The position numbers and the translations under genes are program-made. Below the pieces are notes generated by a model, which was not told the DNA's origin, did no database searches, and worked only from the letters and a program-made list of their open reading frames with translations. This document shows positions 18,929-26,787 of a stretch of 64,000 nt of DNA, piece by piece (position 1 is the first letter of the stretch; the number at the start of each line of letters is the position of its first letter). Source of the stretch: Gemmataceae bacterium (GTDB taxonomy: Bacteria > Planctomycetota > Planctomycetia > Gemmatales > Gemmataceae); assembly GCA_036266155.1 (NCBI GenBank), contig DATANR010000134.1:21526-85525 (forward strand). Direction: 5' to 3'.

Positions 18929-18998
18929 GCAAAAACGCGGGCAGAGATTGCCAACCATAGGGGGAGAGTGGCAATCTCTGTTGGCAATCTCTCCTTTT
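18929..18998. terminator. candidate bidirectional intrinsic terminator between the convergent WD40 and scpB genes
   Basis: Stem cagagattgcca (18942-18953) pairs with tggcaatctctg (18969-18980). The 3' arm is duplicated (ttggcaatctct, 18981-18992). T-run ccttttcgg follows on the plus strand and gcgtttttgc follows on the minus strand. Confidence 0.5.
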
Positions 18999-19036
18999 CG
19001 GTTGAAACGAAGTCGGTTTTGCAGAAGAGCCCCAGG

Positions 19037-19777
19037 CTAAAAGGAAACGCGTTTCGGCTCGCCGACGGTCGGCAGCTCATCCAATTGGCGCATGCGAAAG
19101 ACTTCGAGAAATCGAGGCGTCGTGCGATAGAGCGTCTCGCCGGTTTCCCCCGGCGCACTGGCGATCAGACCAAGCCGTGCCAGTTGCCGCAGCACGCCCC
19201 CCGAGTCGACGCCGCGTGTCCCGTCGACTTCCTCCTTCGTCGTCGGCTGGCGGTACGCGATCAGCGCCAGCACGTCGAGCGCGGGTTGATTGAGCCGAGC
19301 TTCACGCGGTCCTCCGACGAGGCGCTCGCGGACGGCCGCATACTTCCGGCTCACCCGCAGCACATATCCCGTGGGTCCATGAACGACCGCATAGGGCCGA
19401 TTCTGCGCGCGATAGACGCGATTCAGGGCGTCGATGCATTCGCGGAATTGTTCCGGCCCCAGACCGCGGATCGCATCGGCAGCGTCTTCGGCTGTGAGCG
19501 GCGGCCCGCCGACGAACAAGAGCGCTTCGAGAATCTGGATCGGCCCCGGCGGCACCGTCGGCTCGTTCACCGCCTCCGCCAAGGGCGGCGTCTTGGGCGA
19601 GCCGGGAGCGTTAGCGACCGGTGTCTCCGGCTCAGGCAAAGCACCGGTCACTGACGCTCCCGGCTCACCCGCGGACACGTCGAGTTCCCAGTCGCTCGCG
19701 CCGACGAGCGTGGCATAGCTCTCGCCGAGCCGTCGGGCGGCCGCCAGGTCGTCGGCTTCCGGTGCCGGTTCGTTCAT
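19037..19777 (-). CDS. scpB: segregation and condensation protein B
   Basis: 246 aa. LEALLFVGGPPLTAEDAADAI and ALDVLALIAYRQPTTKEEVDGTRGVDSGGVLRQLARLGLI are typical ScpB winged-helix motifs. ATGA overlap with the upstream gene. Confidence 0.85.
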   Translation of the reverse strand: MNEPAPEADDLAAARRLGESYATLVGASDWELDVSAGEPGASVTGALPEPETPVANAPGSPKTPPLAEAVNEPTVPPGPIQILEALLFVGGPPLTAEDAADAIRGLGPEQFRECIDALNRVYRAQNRPYAVVHGPTGYVLRVSRKYAAVRERLVGGPREARLNQPALDVLALIAYRQPTTKEEVDGTRGVDSGGVLRQLARLGLIASAPGETGETLYRTTPRFLEVFRMRQLDELPTVGEPKRVSF

Positions 19778-20184
19778 GACGCGTCAAATGAATGGGGGAG
19801 GAAGAATACGCCGGTCACCACCGTGCCGATCCAGAGGACGGAGAACACGATCGCGAGCGCGATGTGGGCGGTCTTGTATCGCCGCGTGCCTGTGTACAAC
19901 ATGGCCGGCAACATCAGCGCGGCCGGCACCGAAAAGCAGAGGTGGATGTTCAACGCTTCACGTTGTTCCGGGCTAAAGCTGGCGGTCAGGTTCGGCTGCA
20001 CGAAGCGGATGATGACTTCGAAGCCGATGACGGTCAAGATCGTCAACGCAAAGAAGACCCTGTTGATGCGCCCATGCCAGCGCGGCGAACCGGCCGCCAG
20101 CGCGATCAGCGAGGCGATCAGCAAGAGGGTGACCGCGCTCACCGCGATTTTTAACGACAAGATGACCAACGCTGGTGCAAGCAT
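19774..20184 (-). CDS. small 4-TM membrane protein (possibly DUF420-like)
   Basis: 136 aa from MLAPALVILSL (cat 20182-20184). Four hydrophobic segments. The family assignment is weak. Confidence 0.55.
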   Translation of the reverse strand: MLAPALVILSLKIAVSAVTLLLIASLIALAAGSPRWHGRINRVFFALTILTVIGFEVIIRFVQPNLTASFSPEQREALNIHLCFSVPAALMLPAMLYTGTRRYKTAHIALAIVFSVLWIGTVVTGVFFLPHSFDAS

Positions 20185-20291
20185 CAAGCCTCCGGTCTCA
20201 CCGATGTAACCAACCGACCTTCGCGTTTTACTCGCCGGCCCACCCGTGTACAATCGGGCGCAGCCATGTTGTCTGTCGCGAGGAAACGCCA

Positions 20292-21209
20292 ATGTGTCCG
20301 GCCCCGCTGTTTTTGATCGCTGCTCTCGTCGCCGCCCCGGCGCCGGCGAAGCCGCGCGACCCGTGGGTCGGCGTCGTCGTTTGCCTCAAATCGAGCAGCC
20401 CGGAGACCTATCAGCCTACAAAGGACGGTGAACTCGAATTGCAGGCGTTCCGCTTCCGTTACCTCGACGTGCGCTGCACCGACGAGAAGGGCGACTTCGT
20501 TGCCGTCCAATGCGACGATCAGGTGGTGTGGGTCAAGAAAGAATCCGTGCTGCGGCCACGCGACGCGATCAACCACTACACGGCCGTGCTCGACAAGGAC
20601 CCGACCGACGAGCGCGCCATCTCCTGCCGGGCCTGGGCGTACATGGCCGTTCATGAACTCGACCGGGCGTTGAAGGATGCCGAGGAAGCCGTGCGTCTCA
20701 ATCCCGAAAGCACGGCGTGGAAGAACAACCGCGGCGAATGCTTCATCAAGCGCAAGGAATACGACAAGGCGATCGCCGAGTTCAGCGATCTTCTAACGAC
20801 GAACCCGCGTTACTTTTTCCCGCTGTACAACCGGGCTGAAGCTTATCTGCGCAGCCGGCAATTCGCCAAGGCCAAAGCCGATCTCGACACGGCACTCGCG
20901 ACCGAGCCACGCGTCCCCGGCCTGCACATGTACCTCGCCCGCGTCTACGCCACGGCTCCCGACGCCCGCTTGCGCGATGGCAAGAAAGCGGTCGAATCAG
21001 CGAAGAAGGCCGTCGACATGATCAAGTACCGCGACGGCCGCTACCTCGACACCCTCGCCGCCGCCTACGCCGAAGCCGGCGATTTCGACAAAGCGGTGGA
21101 GACGCAACAGAAAGCCCTCGACGATCCGGACTTTATGAAGGAAGAAAGTGAAGGTGCTCGCCACCGGCTGACGCTTTATCGCGACAAGAAGCCGTTTCGG
21201 GATGAGTAG
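20292..21209 (+). CDS. secreted TPR-repeat protein
   Basis: 305 aa from MCPAPLFLIAALVAAPAPA (ATG 20292). TPR units AISCRAWAYMAVHELDRALKDAEEAVRLNP, NRGECFIKRKEYDKAIAEFSDLL and LAAAYAEAGDFDKAVETQQKAL. Confidence 0.8.
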   Translation: MCPAPLFLIAALVAAPAPAKPRDPWVGVVVCLKSSSPETYQPTKDGELELQAFRFRYLDVRCTDEKGDFVAVQCDDQVVWVKKESVLRPRDAINHYTAVLDKDPTDERAISCRAWAYMAVHELDRALKDAEEAVRLNPESTAWKNNRGECFIKRKEYDKAIAEFSDLLTTNPRYFFPLYNRAEAYLRSRQFAKAKADLDTALATEPRVPGLHMYLARVYATAPDARLRDGKKAVESAKKAVDMIKYRDGRYLDTLAAAYAEAGDFDKAVETQQKALDDPDFMKEESEGARHRLTLYRDKKPFRDE

Positions 21210-21292
21210 ACGGTCGCCGTATGTCCGGCCAAGGGCTCCGCTTGATTGACGGAACAATTCATTTCACGCCGCGGCAACGCGTTGCATTTCAG

Positions 21293-21350
21293 AGAGCGCC
21301 AATCAAAGAGCGCCACGAAGAGCGCCAGGGGTGCATGGGGTTGGCGCTCT
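21293..21350. promoter_or_regulatory. iteron-like cluster: AGAGCGCCA x3 direct + x1 inverted
   Basis: agagcgcca at 21293-21301, 21307-21315 and 21319-21327. Reverse complement tggcgctct at 21342-21350. The cluster lies ~125-180 nt upstream of the RepA-like ATPase gene. Confidence 0.4.
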
Positions 21351-21473
21351 TTGCTTGCGTTTGCGCGCACATCCCAATACGTGGTTGTTAGATGGAGCGA
21401 TTTCGCGGACCAAAAAAGTGGTACCAGGAACCCTCCCAAAAAGTGGTAAACACATCCTCCCGGAGCCCGCATC

Positions 21474-22532
21474 ATGTCACACCCTCTACCCGTTCCAATG
21501 ACCGACGTCCGGACCGGATCTCTCGCCTGGCTCTGGCCCGGCTACATCCCAAAAGGGAAGCTGACGATCCTTGATGGCGACCCCAATCTCGGCAAATCCT
21601 TGACCACGCTCGATCTGGCCGCGCGCTGGTCGCGTGGCCAGACCTTCCCCGACGGCGCCGGCGCCGGAACCATCGGGCGCACGTTGATCATCCAAGTCGA
21701 AGACGGAACCGCGGATACCGTGCTCCCGCGCTTGCAGGCCGCGGGAGCCGATCTCGCCAATGTGTTCGTCCTCCCCGATGAGAGCGCCCGCGTCTTTCGT
21801 TTGCCGTGGAACACACCGTGGCTCGAACAAGCGATCCGCGAGTCAAACGCGTCACTCGTCGTCATTGATCCATTTCTATCCTTCCTCTCCCGGCGCGTGT
21901 GGGCCACCAGCGACCAGTCGGTGCGCCGTGTCCTGGGCAAACTGGCCGAAGTTGCCAAGCAAACGGGGGCCGCCATTATGTTGATCCGGCACCTGAACAA
22001 GACCGAAGGCCAAAAGGCGCTCTACCGCGGCGGCGGCTCGATCGGCATCGTCGGCGTCGCCCGCTCGGCCCTGCTGGCGGCCGCCCACCCGTCGGGCGAT
22101 GGCCGCGTCGTTTTGACAACCACCAAGGCCAACCTCGGCCCGCCGCCGCCCGCGCTGACCTACCGAATCGTCGGCAACGAGTCGGGAATCGCCACAATCG
22201 CCTGGGAAGGCCCCGTCGATCTGACGGCCGACGAGGCGCTCAACCCGCCGCCGACAGAAGACGACAAATTACTCATGAATGTGATCCTGGCGACCGAATG
22301 GCTGATGGCCGAACTGCGCGCCGGCCCGTGCCCCGCCAAGGAAATCGCCCGCGCCGCCGAGTCGGCCGGCATCCCGGAACGCACGCTCGACCGCGCCAAG
22401 AAATCGGCCCACGTCATCTCGACGCTGGAAGTGAATCGCAAAACCAACGAACGCCGTTGGATCTGGAAGCTGAACCGCGACTACTACGAGCCGCTGGAGG
22501 ATTTGCCGCGGGCGCCGGATGTGTTTTGGTGA
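21474..22532 (+). CDS. RepA/AAA_25-like RecA-fold ATPase with C-terminal HTH-like domain (mobile-element type)
   Basis: 352 aa. LAWLWPGYIPKGKLTILDGDPNLGKSLTTLDLA (Walker A). LVVIDPFLSFL (Walker B-like). AIMLIRHLNK. This pattern is typical of phage, plasmid or ICE replicative-ATPase loaders. The tail PAKEIARAAESAGIPERTLDRAKK looks like an HTH. Confidence 0.7.
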   Translation: MSHPLPVPMTDVRTGSLAWLWPGYIPKGKLTILDGDPNLGKSLTTLDLAARWSRGQTFPDGAGAGTIGRTLIIQVEDGTADTVLPRLQAAGADLANVFVLPDESARVFRLPWNTPWLEQAIRESNASLVVIDPFLSFLSRRVWATSDQSVRRVLGKLAEVAKQTGAAIMLIRHLNKTEGQKALYRGGGSIGIVGVARSALLAAAHPSGDGRVVLTTTKANLGPPPPALTYRIVGNESGIATIAWEGPVDLTADEALNPPPTEDDKLLMNVILATEWLMAELRAGPCPAKEIARAAESAGIPERTLDRAKKSAHVISTLEVNRKTNERRWIWKLNRDYYEPLEDLPRAPDVFW

Positions 22533-22603
22533 GGGGGACGTTTCGGTTCCGAGCCGCGTCGATCACAATTGACAGAGCTTCCGAAATCGATGGAGTGGCC
22601 GAC

Positions 22604-22915
22604 ATGAGCGCCGCGATCGACACGGCTACATTTGAAGTCCATCTTCCGCTGCCGCCAGCGCAGACGAAAGGCGAGCGGGAACGGTCGGCCTTCTTGCGCT
22701 TGCTACCGGAGTTGCTGGCCACGCATCCGGGAAAGTTCGTTGCGATCCACAACGAGCAAGTTGTCGATAACGATCAGAATGACATCGCACTGGTTCAACG
22801 CGTTCATAAGCGAGTCGGATATGTTCCGATTCATGTTGCTAGGGTGGCAGGGCAGCCGGCCGTTGAGCGAATTTCTGGGCCGCGTGAGATTGACCATCCG
22901 AGAAACTATGTATGA
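22604..22915 (+). CDS. small DUF5678-like protein (antitoxin-like fold?)
   Basis: 103 aa from MSAAIDTATF (ATG 22604), the C-terminal part of track ORF 21899-22915. HPGKFVAIHNEQVVDNDQNDIALVQRV resembles the GKWVAI..VV motif I recall for DUF5678. Confidence 0.45.
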   Translation: MSAAIDTATFEVHLPLPPAQTKGERERSAFLRLLPELLATHPGKFVAIHNEQVVDNDQNDIALVQRVHKRVGYVPIHVARVAGQPAVERISGPREIDHPRNYV

Positions 22916-23033
22916 TCAGCTATCGGTATGCGACCGGGCTGACACCACCCGCTGTACTCGTGATCGCGACAATCTTTCTTTGGGTGACCGCCAAACGACC
23001 CGGAATATTGACTCATAGAAAGAACTGTTTCGT
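22912..23033 (+). pseudogene. possible 5' gene fragment truncated at the low-GC island junction
   Basis: ATGA-coupled to the DUF5678-like gene. MISYRYATGLTPPAVLVIATI resembles the N-termini of small retropepsin-like proteins that I recall as partners of such genes. The reading frame then runs into the antisense of the DUF4435 gene and loses protein-like character. Confidence 0.2.
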
Positions 23034-23975
23034 TCATGACGACGAGGGAACCGGAATGGCCGCTATGAATTCGCGCAGACATTGTGGCGTGTCCGCATAT
23101 TGGCAGAGTTCGGATATGAAATTTGTTTCTGATACTTTCAGCGGCACGTGGCGAGATGTCAAGAGGAGTGTCGGTGATTTCAGGTTCGCGTCTTCGCAGA
23201 GCTTTGAGAGGAACAATCGAAAGAAATAGGCTTGAAACTTACCTCTGTACCGAGTCATCCGATCTTGTGGCGGTATCATTAGTATTGCTTCTTGTGCCTC
23301 TGTGTCGGTAAATGTCTGCGTAGAATTCGTACTCCTCTCAATTGCGGCAATTGTGTAGGTGGCAGTTGAAGTCTGCAAGCCAATTTGAACGATCTTGTTT
23401 AGATTGATTGAGTTCAGATTAGCACTCGTCGCGCCAGGATGGGCTTTTTCGTAGCGCCTCTGGAGCATGACCCATCCGTTCAGTAACGCAGTACAATCGA
23501 GAAAGGCGCTAGCGCTTTGCGTGAAGGCTGCCAGGCATCGTTCGAACGAATCATCCCCTTCGGCGTGTTCGCTCAGGTGAAACTCATAACGCAATATGCG
23601 ACGGAAGGCTTGTTCGGAAACATATAGATTTTCCACGGAATACGTCGGCGTGATATACACTATTACATCGGAAGGCAACTCAGAAGGATGGTCGAAATCG
23701 CGATCTATAAAGTACAATGTATAGGCTAACTTATGTTGGTCGTGGCTTGCAATCAGGCGGAATAGTTTCAGGACGTTATCCTTTCCGCCACTATTTATCC
23801 CCTCCCATGCCAACTCGGGCCGGAGCATCTCTATACGATGTGCGTAATATTTTGTGTCAAACCCCTCAAAGAAAATCACATACGCGTTTGGCCGTCTGCT
23901 CCTTATGCGCAAAAAGTCTCGTAGTTTTACGGCGTAGCTGTCGCGGCTACCGCGCAGGCTCTCTACTCGGCTCAT
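23034..23975 (-). CDS. DUF4435/Toprim (OLD-type) nuclease-like protein, AriB-like
   Basis: 313 aa. Motifs VIFFEGFDTKYY, NSGGKDNVLKL, YFIDRDFD and TPTYSVENLY match the DUF4435 Toprim pattern. AGGA lies 8 nt upstream of the ATG (cat 23973-23975). Only 2 nt separate it from the upstream stop. Confidence 0.85.
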   Translation of the reverse strand: MSRVESLRGSRDSYAVKLRDFLRIRSRRPNAYVIFFEGFDTKYYAHRIEMLRPELAWEGINSGGKDNVLKLFRLIASHDQHKLAYTLYFIDRDFDHPSELPSDVIVYITPTYSVENLYVSEQAFRRILRYEFHLSEHAEGDDSFERCLAAFTQSASAFLDCTALLNGWVMLQRRYEKAHPGATSANLNSINLNKIVQIGLQTSTATYTIAAIERSTNSTQTFTDTEAQEAILMIPPQDRMTRYRGKFQAYFFRLFLSKLCEDANLKSPTLLLTSRHVPLKVSETNFISELCQYADTPQCLREFIAAIPVPSSS

Positions 23976-23977
23976 GC

Positions 23978-25339
23978 CTATTTCCTTTGCACAAACCTAG
24001 TTAAATCATGTGCCTTACCGTCTAATGCATTTTCGAAGACGAACGGAGAGTGCGTTGTGGCTAGGAGGAATGAGCACTTGCCGGAATCCATAATGTCAGG
24101 GAGCAGCATCTTCTGCCACTCGATCGATAACGAGAGTTCTGGCTCGTCAAACAAGACGGCAAGCTTTGCACCATTTTCGAGGTACACCCTTGAAAACAGT
24201 GACACTATTTGCTTCTCTCCTGACGATAACTTGGCCAACTCGACAGGCTTCTCGTTGGATTTGTGTACTACCCGGAGATCGACAGTGCTTTCGTTGTAAA
24301 CTACTTGCTTGTCTGTGAGATACTTGTTGCAGACGCGAGTGAACTCCTTGATTGCTGCGTCGGATTCTTTCTGCTGATCGTAGACATTGATTAGGTTAGC
24401 GAGGAAATACACAAGAGTTTCATATTGCAGTTGTGCAATGTCACCTGACTCGACAAGCTGCATAATTCTATTCTTCCGTTCAGCGCTGATATTATTACCA
24501 ACTCGATCGAGCACGATCTTGAGAGCGCTCTTGTCCTGAATTCTTTTCAGTTCATCTACGACGGTAATCCCGTCCACAAGTTGTGACAACATTTGCCCGC
24601 TGATGCGCGAGTACCATTCGACTGACGATTTTTCGATCCTGCCCGTGATGTCTCTGATCCGTTGCGTAACATCGCTCATTCCAAATCGGATTAGACCTTC
24701 GCCACGAAAGCCTTCTTTCCTGGTGTAGCCGAGATCTTCCAGCTCCTCTTCAATACGACGGTATGTTGGGAAGTAGAGATTCGTAAAAGGGAACGCCTCC
24801 GATAAATGCCTCCGCACGTTTTCATTCTCGAAAAGACTCGGAGAGTCGCCGGTTGGGCCGTGTATCATCTCGGAACGTAAAACGTCAAGAATGTACGCTG
24901 GCGGAAGTCCCGCTGTCTCCGCCATGTGAATTAACATTGGGTGGTGGCGGACATCGGGATGTCGAAGCCCGCGCGTCTCTTCGCTCAACCGGTAAAGATC
25001 CTCCTCTGGCACCTTGTGGAGTAGTCGTCGAAGCCGAGGTTCAAGCTTCGCCGACATGAGCCCTACCTCTGCCATTTCTGCTGAAATCGTGATAACTCTG
25101 CCGTTTGCGGTTTCGACGGTAATAGACTCAAAGTTATGTTTCCTGAGCTTGTACAGTTGCCGAGAGAGGACGGCGTAAATCATGCTAAGGATTGTTGTCT
25201 TGCCGGAGCCGTTGTCGGCGATTAAAACCATCACCGGCTCGTCGAACCGTATGTCCACGTCGCGGTCACCAAACAGACCCTTGATCTGAAACCGCTTGAT
25301 CGGTGACGCTAGTGACATTGGTCCAGATTGATCCGCCAT
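23978..25339 (-). CDS. ABC/SMC-type ATPase with long helical insertion, AriA-like
   Basis: 453 aa from MADQSGPMSLASPIKRFQIKGLFG (cat 25337-25339, GAGGAG 9 nt upstream; the track start at 25363 is a TTG). Walker A LIADNGSGKTT, ABC signature LSSGEKQ, Walker B LAVLFDEPELSLS, H-loop LLATTHSP. Confidence 0.85.
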   Translation of the reverse strand: MADQSGPMSLASPIKRFQIKGLFGDRDVDIRFDEPVMVLIADNGSGKTTILSMIYAVLSRQLYKLRKHNFESITVETANGRVITISAEMAEVGLMSAKLEPRLRRLLHKVPEEDLYRLSEETRGLRHPDVRHHPMLIHMAETAGLPPAYILDVLRSEMIHGPTGDSPSLFENENVRRHLSEAFPFTNLYFPTYRRIEEELEDLGYTRKEGFRGEGLIRFGMSDVTQRIRDITGRIEKSSVEWYSRISGQMLSQLVDGITVVDELKRIQDKSALKIVLDRVGNNISAERKNRIMQLVESGDIAQLQYETLVYFLANLINVYDQQKESDAAIKEFTRVCNKYLTDKQVVYNESTVDLRVVHKSNEKPVELAKLSSGEKQIVSLFSRVYLENGAKLAVLFDEPELSLSIEWQKMLLPDIMDSGKCSFLLATTHSPFVFENALDGKAHDLTRFVQRK

Positions 25340-25680
25340 CAGCGTTCGCTCCTCGGGCGACAACCGCAGTCATCCTTCACCGTGGTTCTGATCACGACAG
25401 CATTACTGAAGGGCGCTGCACTTCTTAGAGCAGCTGTGTTCCCACCGGCTCGCCTTATCCAGCTCGATACAACCGTCTGAGCAGAGTTTACCGTCGGCAA
25501 CACGCGTAGGCTACTACGACTCGAAATCAAGAAAATAAAATCGCGACCTCTGGATGGAAAAATAGAGCATTCGAGGCCTTCGCCGACCCAATGGATCCCC
25601 TGCGGCAAGCGACCCGTGCTAGGTGTTACGCCGCCAGGCAAGCTTCATTTGCGAACTGCGTCCGCCTGGGCTGCCCGACC

Positions 25681-26595
25681 TCACACCCCCTTGATCGCCG
25701 TCCCCTGGATTTCGACGTTCGACAGTTCCAGGCTCTTGATCGTCCAGTACAGCATGAAGACGAGGACGCCGGCGAGTTCGACCAAGAGGACGGTGGAGCG
25801 CAGGCCGTACCAGTACAGCCCGACGGCGAGCACGGGGACGAGGCCCATCAGGGTGCCGGTCAACAGATAAAGGCTGCTATACACTTTCTGACGCGTTGGG
25901 TCGGTCTTGAACAATTCCTTGAGCGTGTCGTCGGCGTGGAACCAACAGACGCACGCGATGCCGAAGAAGAAGGTGAGCGCGCCGGCATAGTGCAACCAGC
26001 CTCGCAGCGTTTGCGGCAATGAGTTCTTCAGGTCGGCGTCGATCGCGTGCAGACCTTGTGCGATGGCTTTGGCCTTATCCGCTTTCTCTTGAATGCCATC
26101 CTGTAATTGCTGGGTGTCCGCTTTCAGTTGTGCCGTTTTCGCGTCGTTATTGGAAGCAATGTCTGATTCAACGATGATCTGTGCTCGCTCATTGCTCTGT
26201 TGCAGCGCGAGTGTCACGTCGTCGGCGACGACGGCGGGCTGGTTCCATTCCATCGGGCAGAGGGCCACGACAAGCAAGCCGATCGCGGCAATGTTGAGGA
26301 CCCAGCTCTCTTTCCACGTGAATCCCTTGTAGGCGAACAGCATCATGGCGACGGAGACGAACGTGGCGACGAACAGGTCGCGGATCGGGATATGCCCGAG
26401 GAGCTTCTCCTGGCTGTGGTAATACGCGGAAATGGAATTTCGCTGAATCCCGTCGCCTTTCGTGAAATGATACGCGAGCAGCGACACCAAAAAGATGATT
26501 GCGACAGCGACGAGCAGGTGCCGCAGGCTCTTGTAAGTCGCCACCATCGACAGGACGAGTTTCTCGACGGCCGGATCGGTCTTCTGGACGTGCAT
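25681..26595 (-). CDS. multi-pass membrane protein with ~90-aa coiled-coil loop, hypothetical
   Basis: 304 aa. About 6 TM segments. ISAYYHS motif. Central Q/A/D/K-rich loop (QQSNERAQIIVESDIASNNDAKTAQLKADTQQLQDGIQEKADKAKAIAQG) encoded by a lower-GC stretch. Confidence 0.7.
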   Translation of the reverse strand: MHVQKTDPAVEKLVLSMVATYKSLRHLLVAVAIIFLVSLLAYHFTKGDGIQRNSISAYYHSQEKLLGHIPIRDLFVATFVSVAMMLFAYKGFTWKESWVLNIAAIGLLVVALCPMEWNQPAVVADDVTLALQQSNERAQIIVESDIASNNDAKTAQLKADTQQLQDGIQEKADKAKAIAQGLHAIDADLKNSLPQTLRGWLHYAGALTFFFGIACVCWFHADDTLKELFKTDPTRQKVYSSLYLLTGTLMGLVPVLAVGLYWYGLRSTVLLVELAGVLVFMLYWTIKSLELSNVEIQGTAIKGV

Positions 26596-26787
26596 GGGGC
26601 ACCGTGGGGAAGAGTGAGCGGGGTACCGAAGGACAGGCTATTCGGCCGGTCGGTCGCGCACAATGCAAAAGTGAAATAGGATGTCAATAGTGGCCCTCTC
26701 GCTCCGCGAGAGGATTGCATGGCTCGCCGCGGTGAGGACCACACGCTGTCAGCCCGAGTCTTGCATTCTTCTCGCGGAGCGAGAAGG

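Larger units (their letters stand above)
22950..25660. other. low-GC horizontally acquired cassette (two defence genes, no mobility gene)
   Basis: Hand-counted 60-nt samples: 23341-23400 = 43% GC and 24421-24480 = 42% GC, versus 22021-22080 = 78% and 27001-27060 = 65% in the flanks. Confidence 0.6.

Noticed and set aside
21210-21473. tRNA, tmRNA or att site at the boundary of the accessory region. Other intergenic regions were also scanned.
   Set aside because: No cloverleaf-compatible sequence with a GTTCGAATC-like T-arm was seen by eye. tRNAscan was not run, so this is only a weak negative.
25339-25641. 100-aa minus-strand ORF upstream of the ABC ATPase, considered as a possible third component of the cassette.
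   Set aside because: It overlaps the ATPase start and has no RBS or recognisable features. Its composition is not protein-like (S/R/G-rich). The region is more likely the promoter or leader.
25364-25680. Continuation of the truncated 22912 ORF on the right side of the island, which would show insertion within a gene.
   Set aside because: Hand translation of the plus frames gave only a short stretch (..PPARLIQLDTTV stop) with vague resemblance to a DTGA protease motif. That is not enough to claim anything. I also found only an 8-mer (ATCGCGAC) shared by the two junctions, which is within chance.
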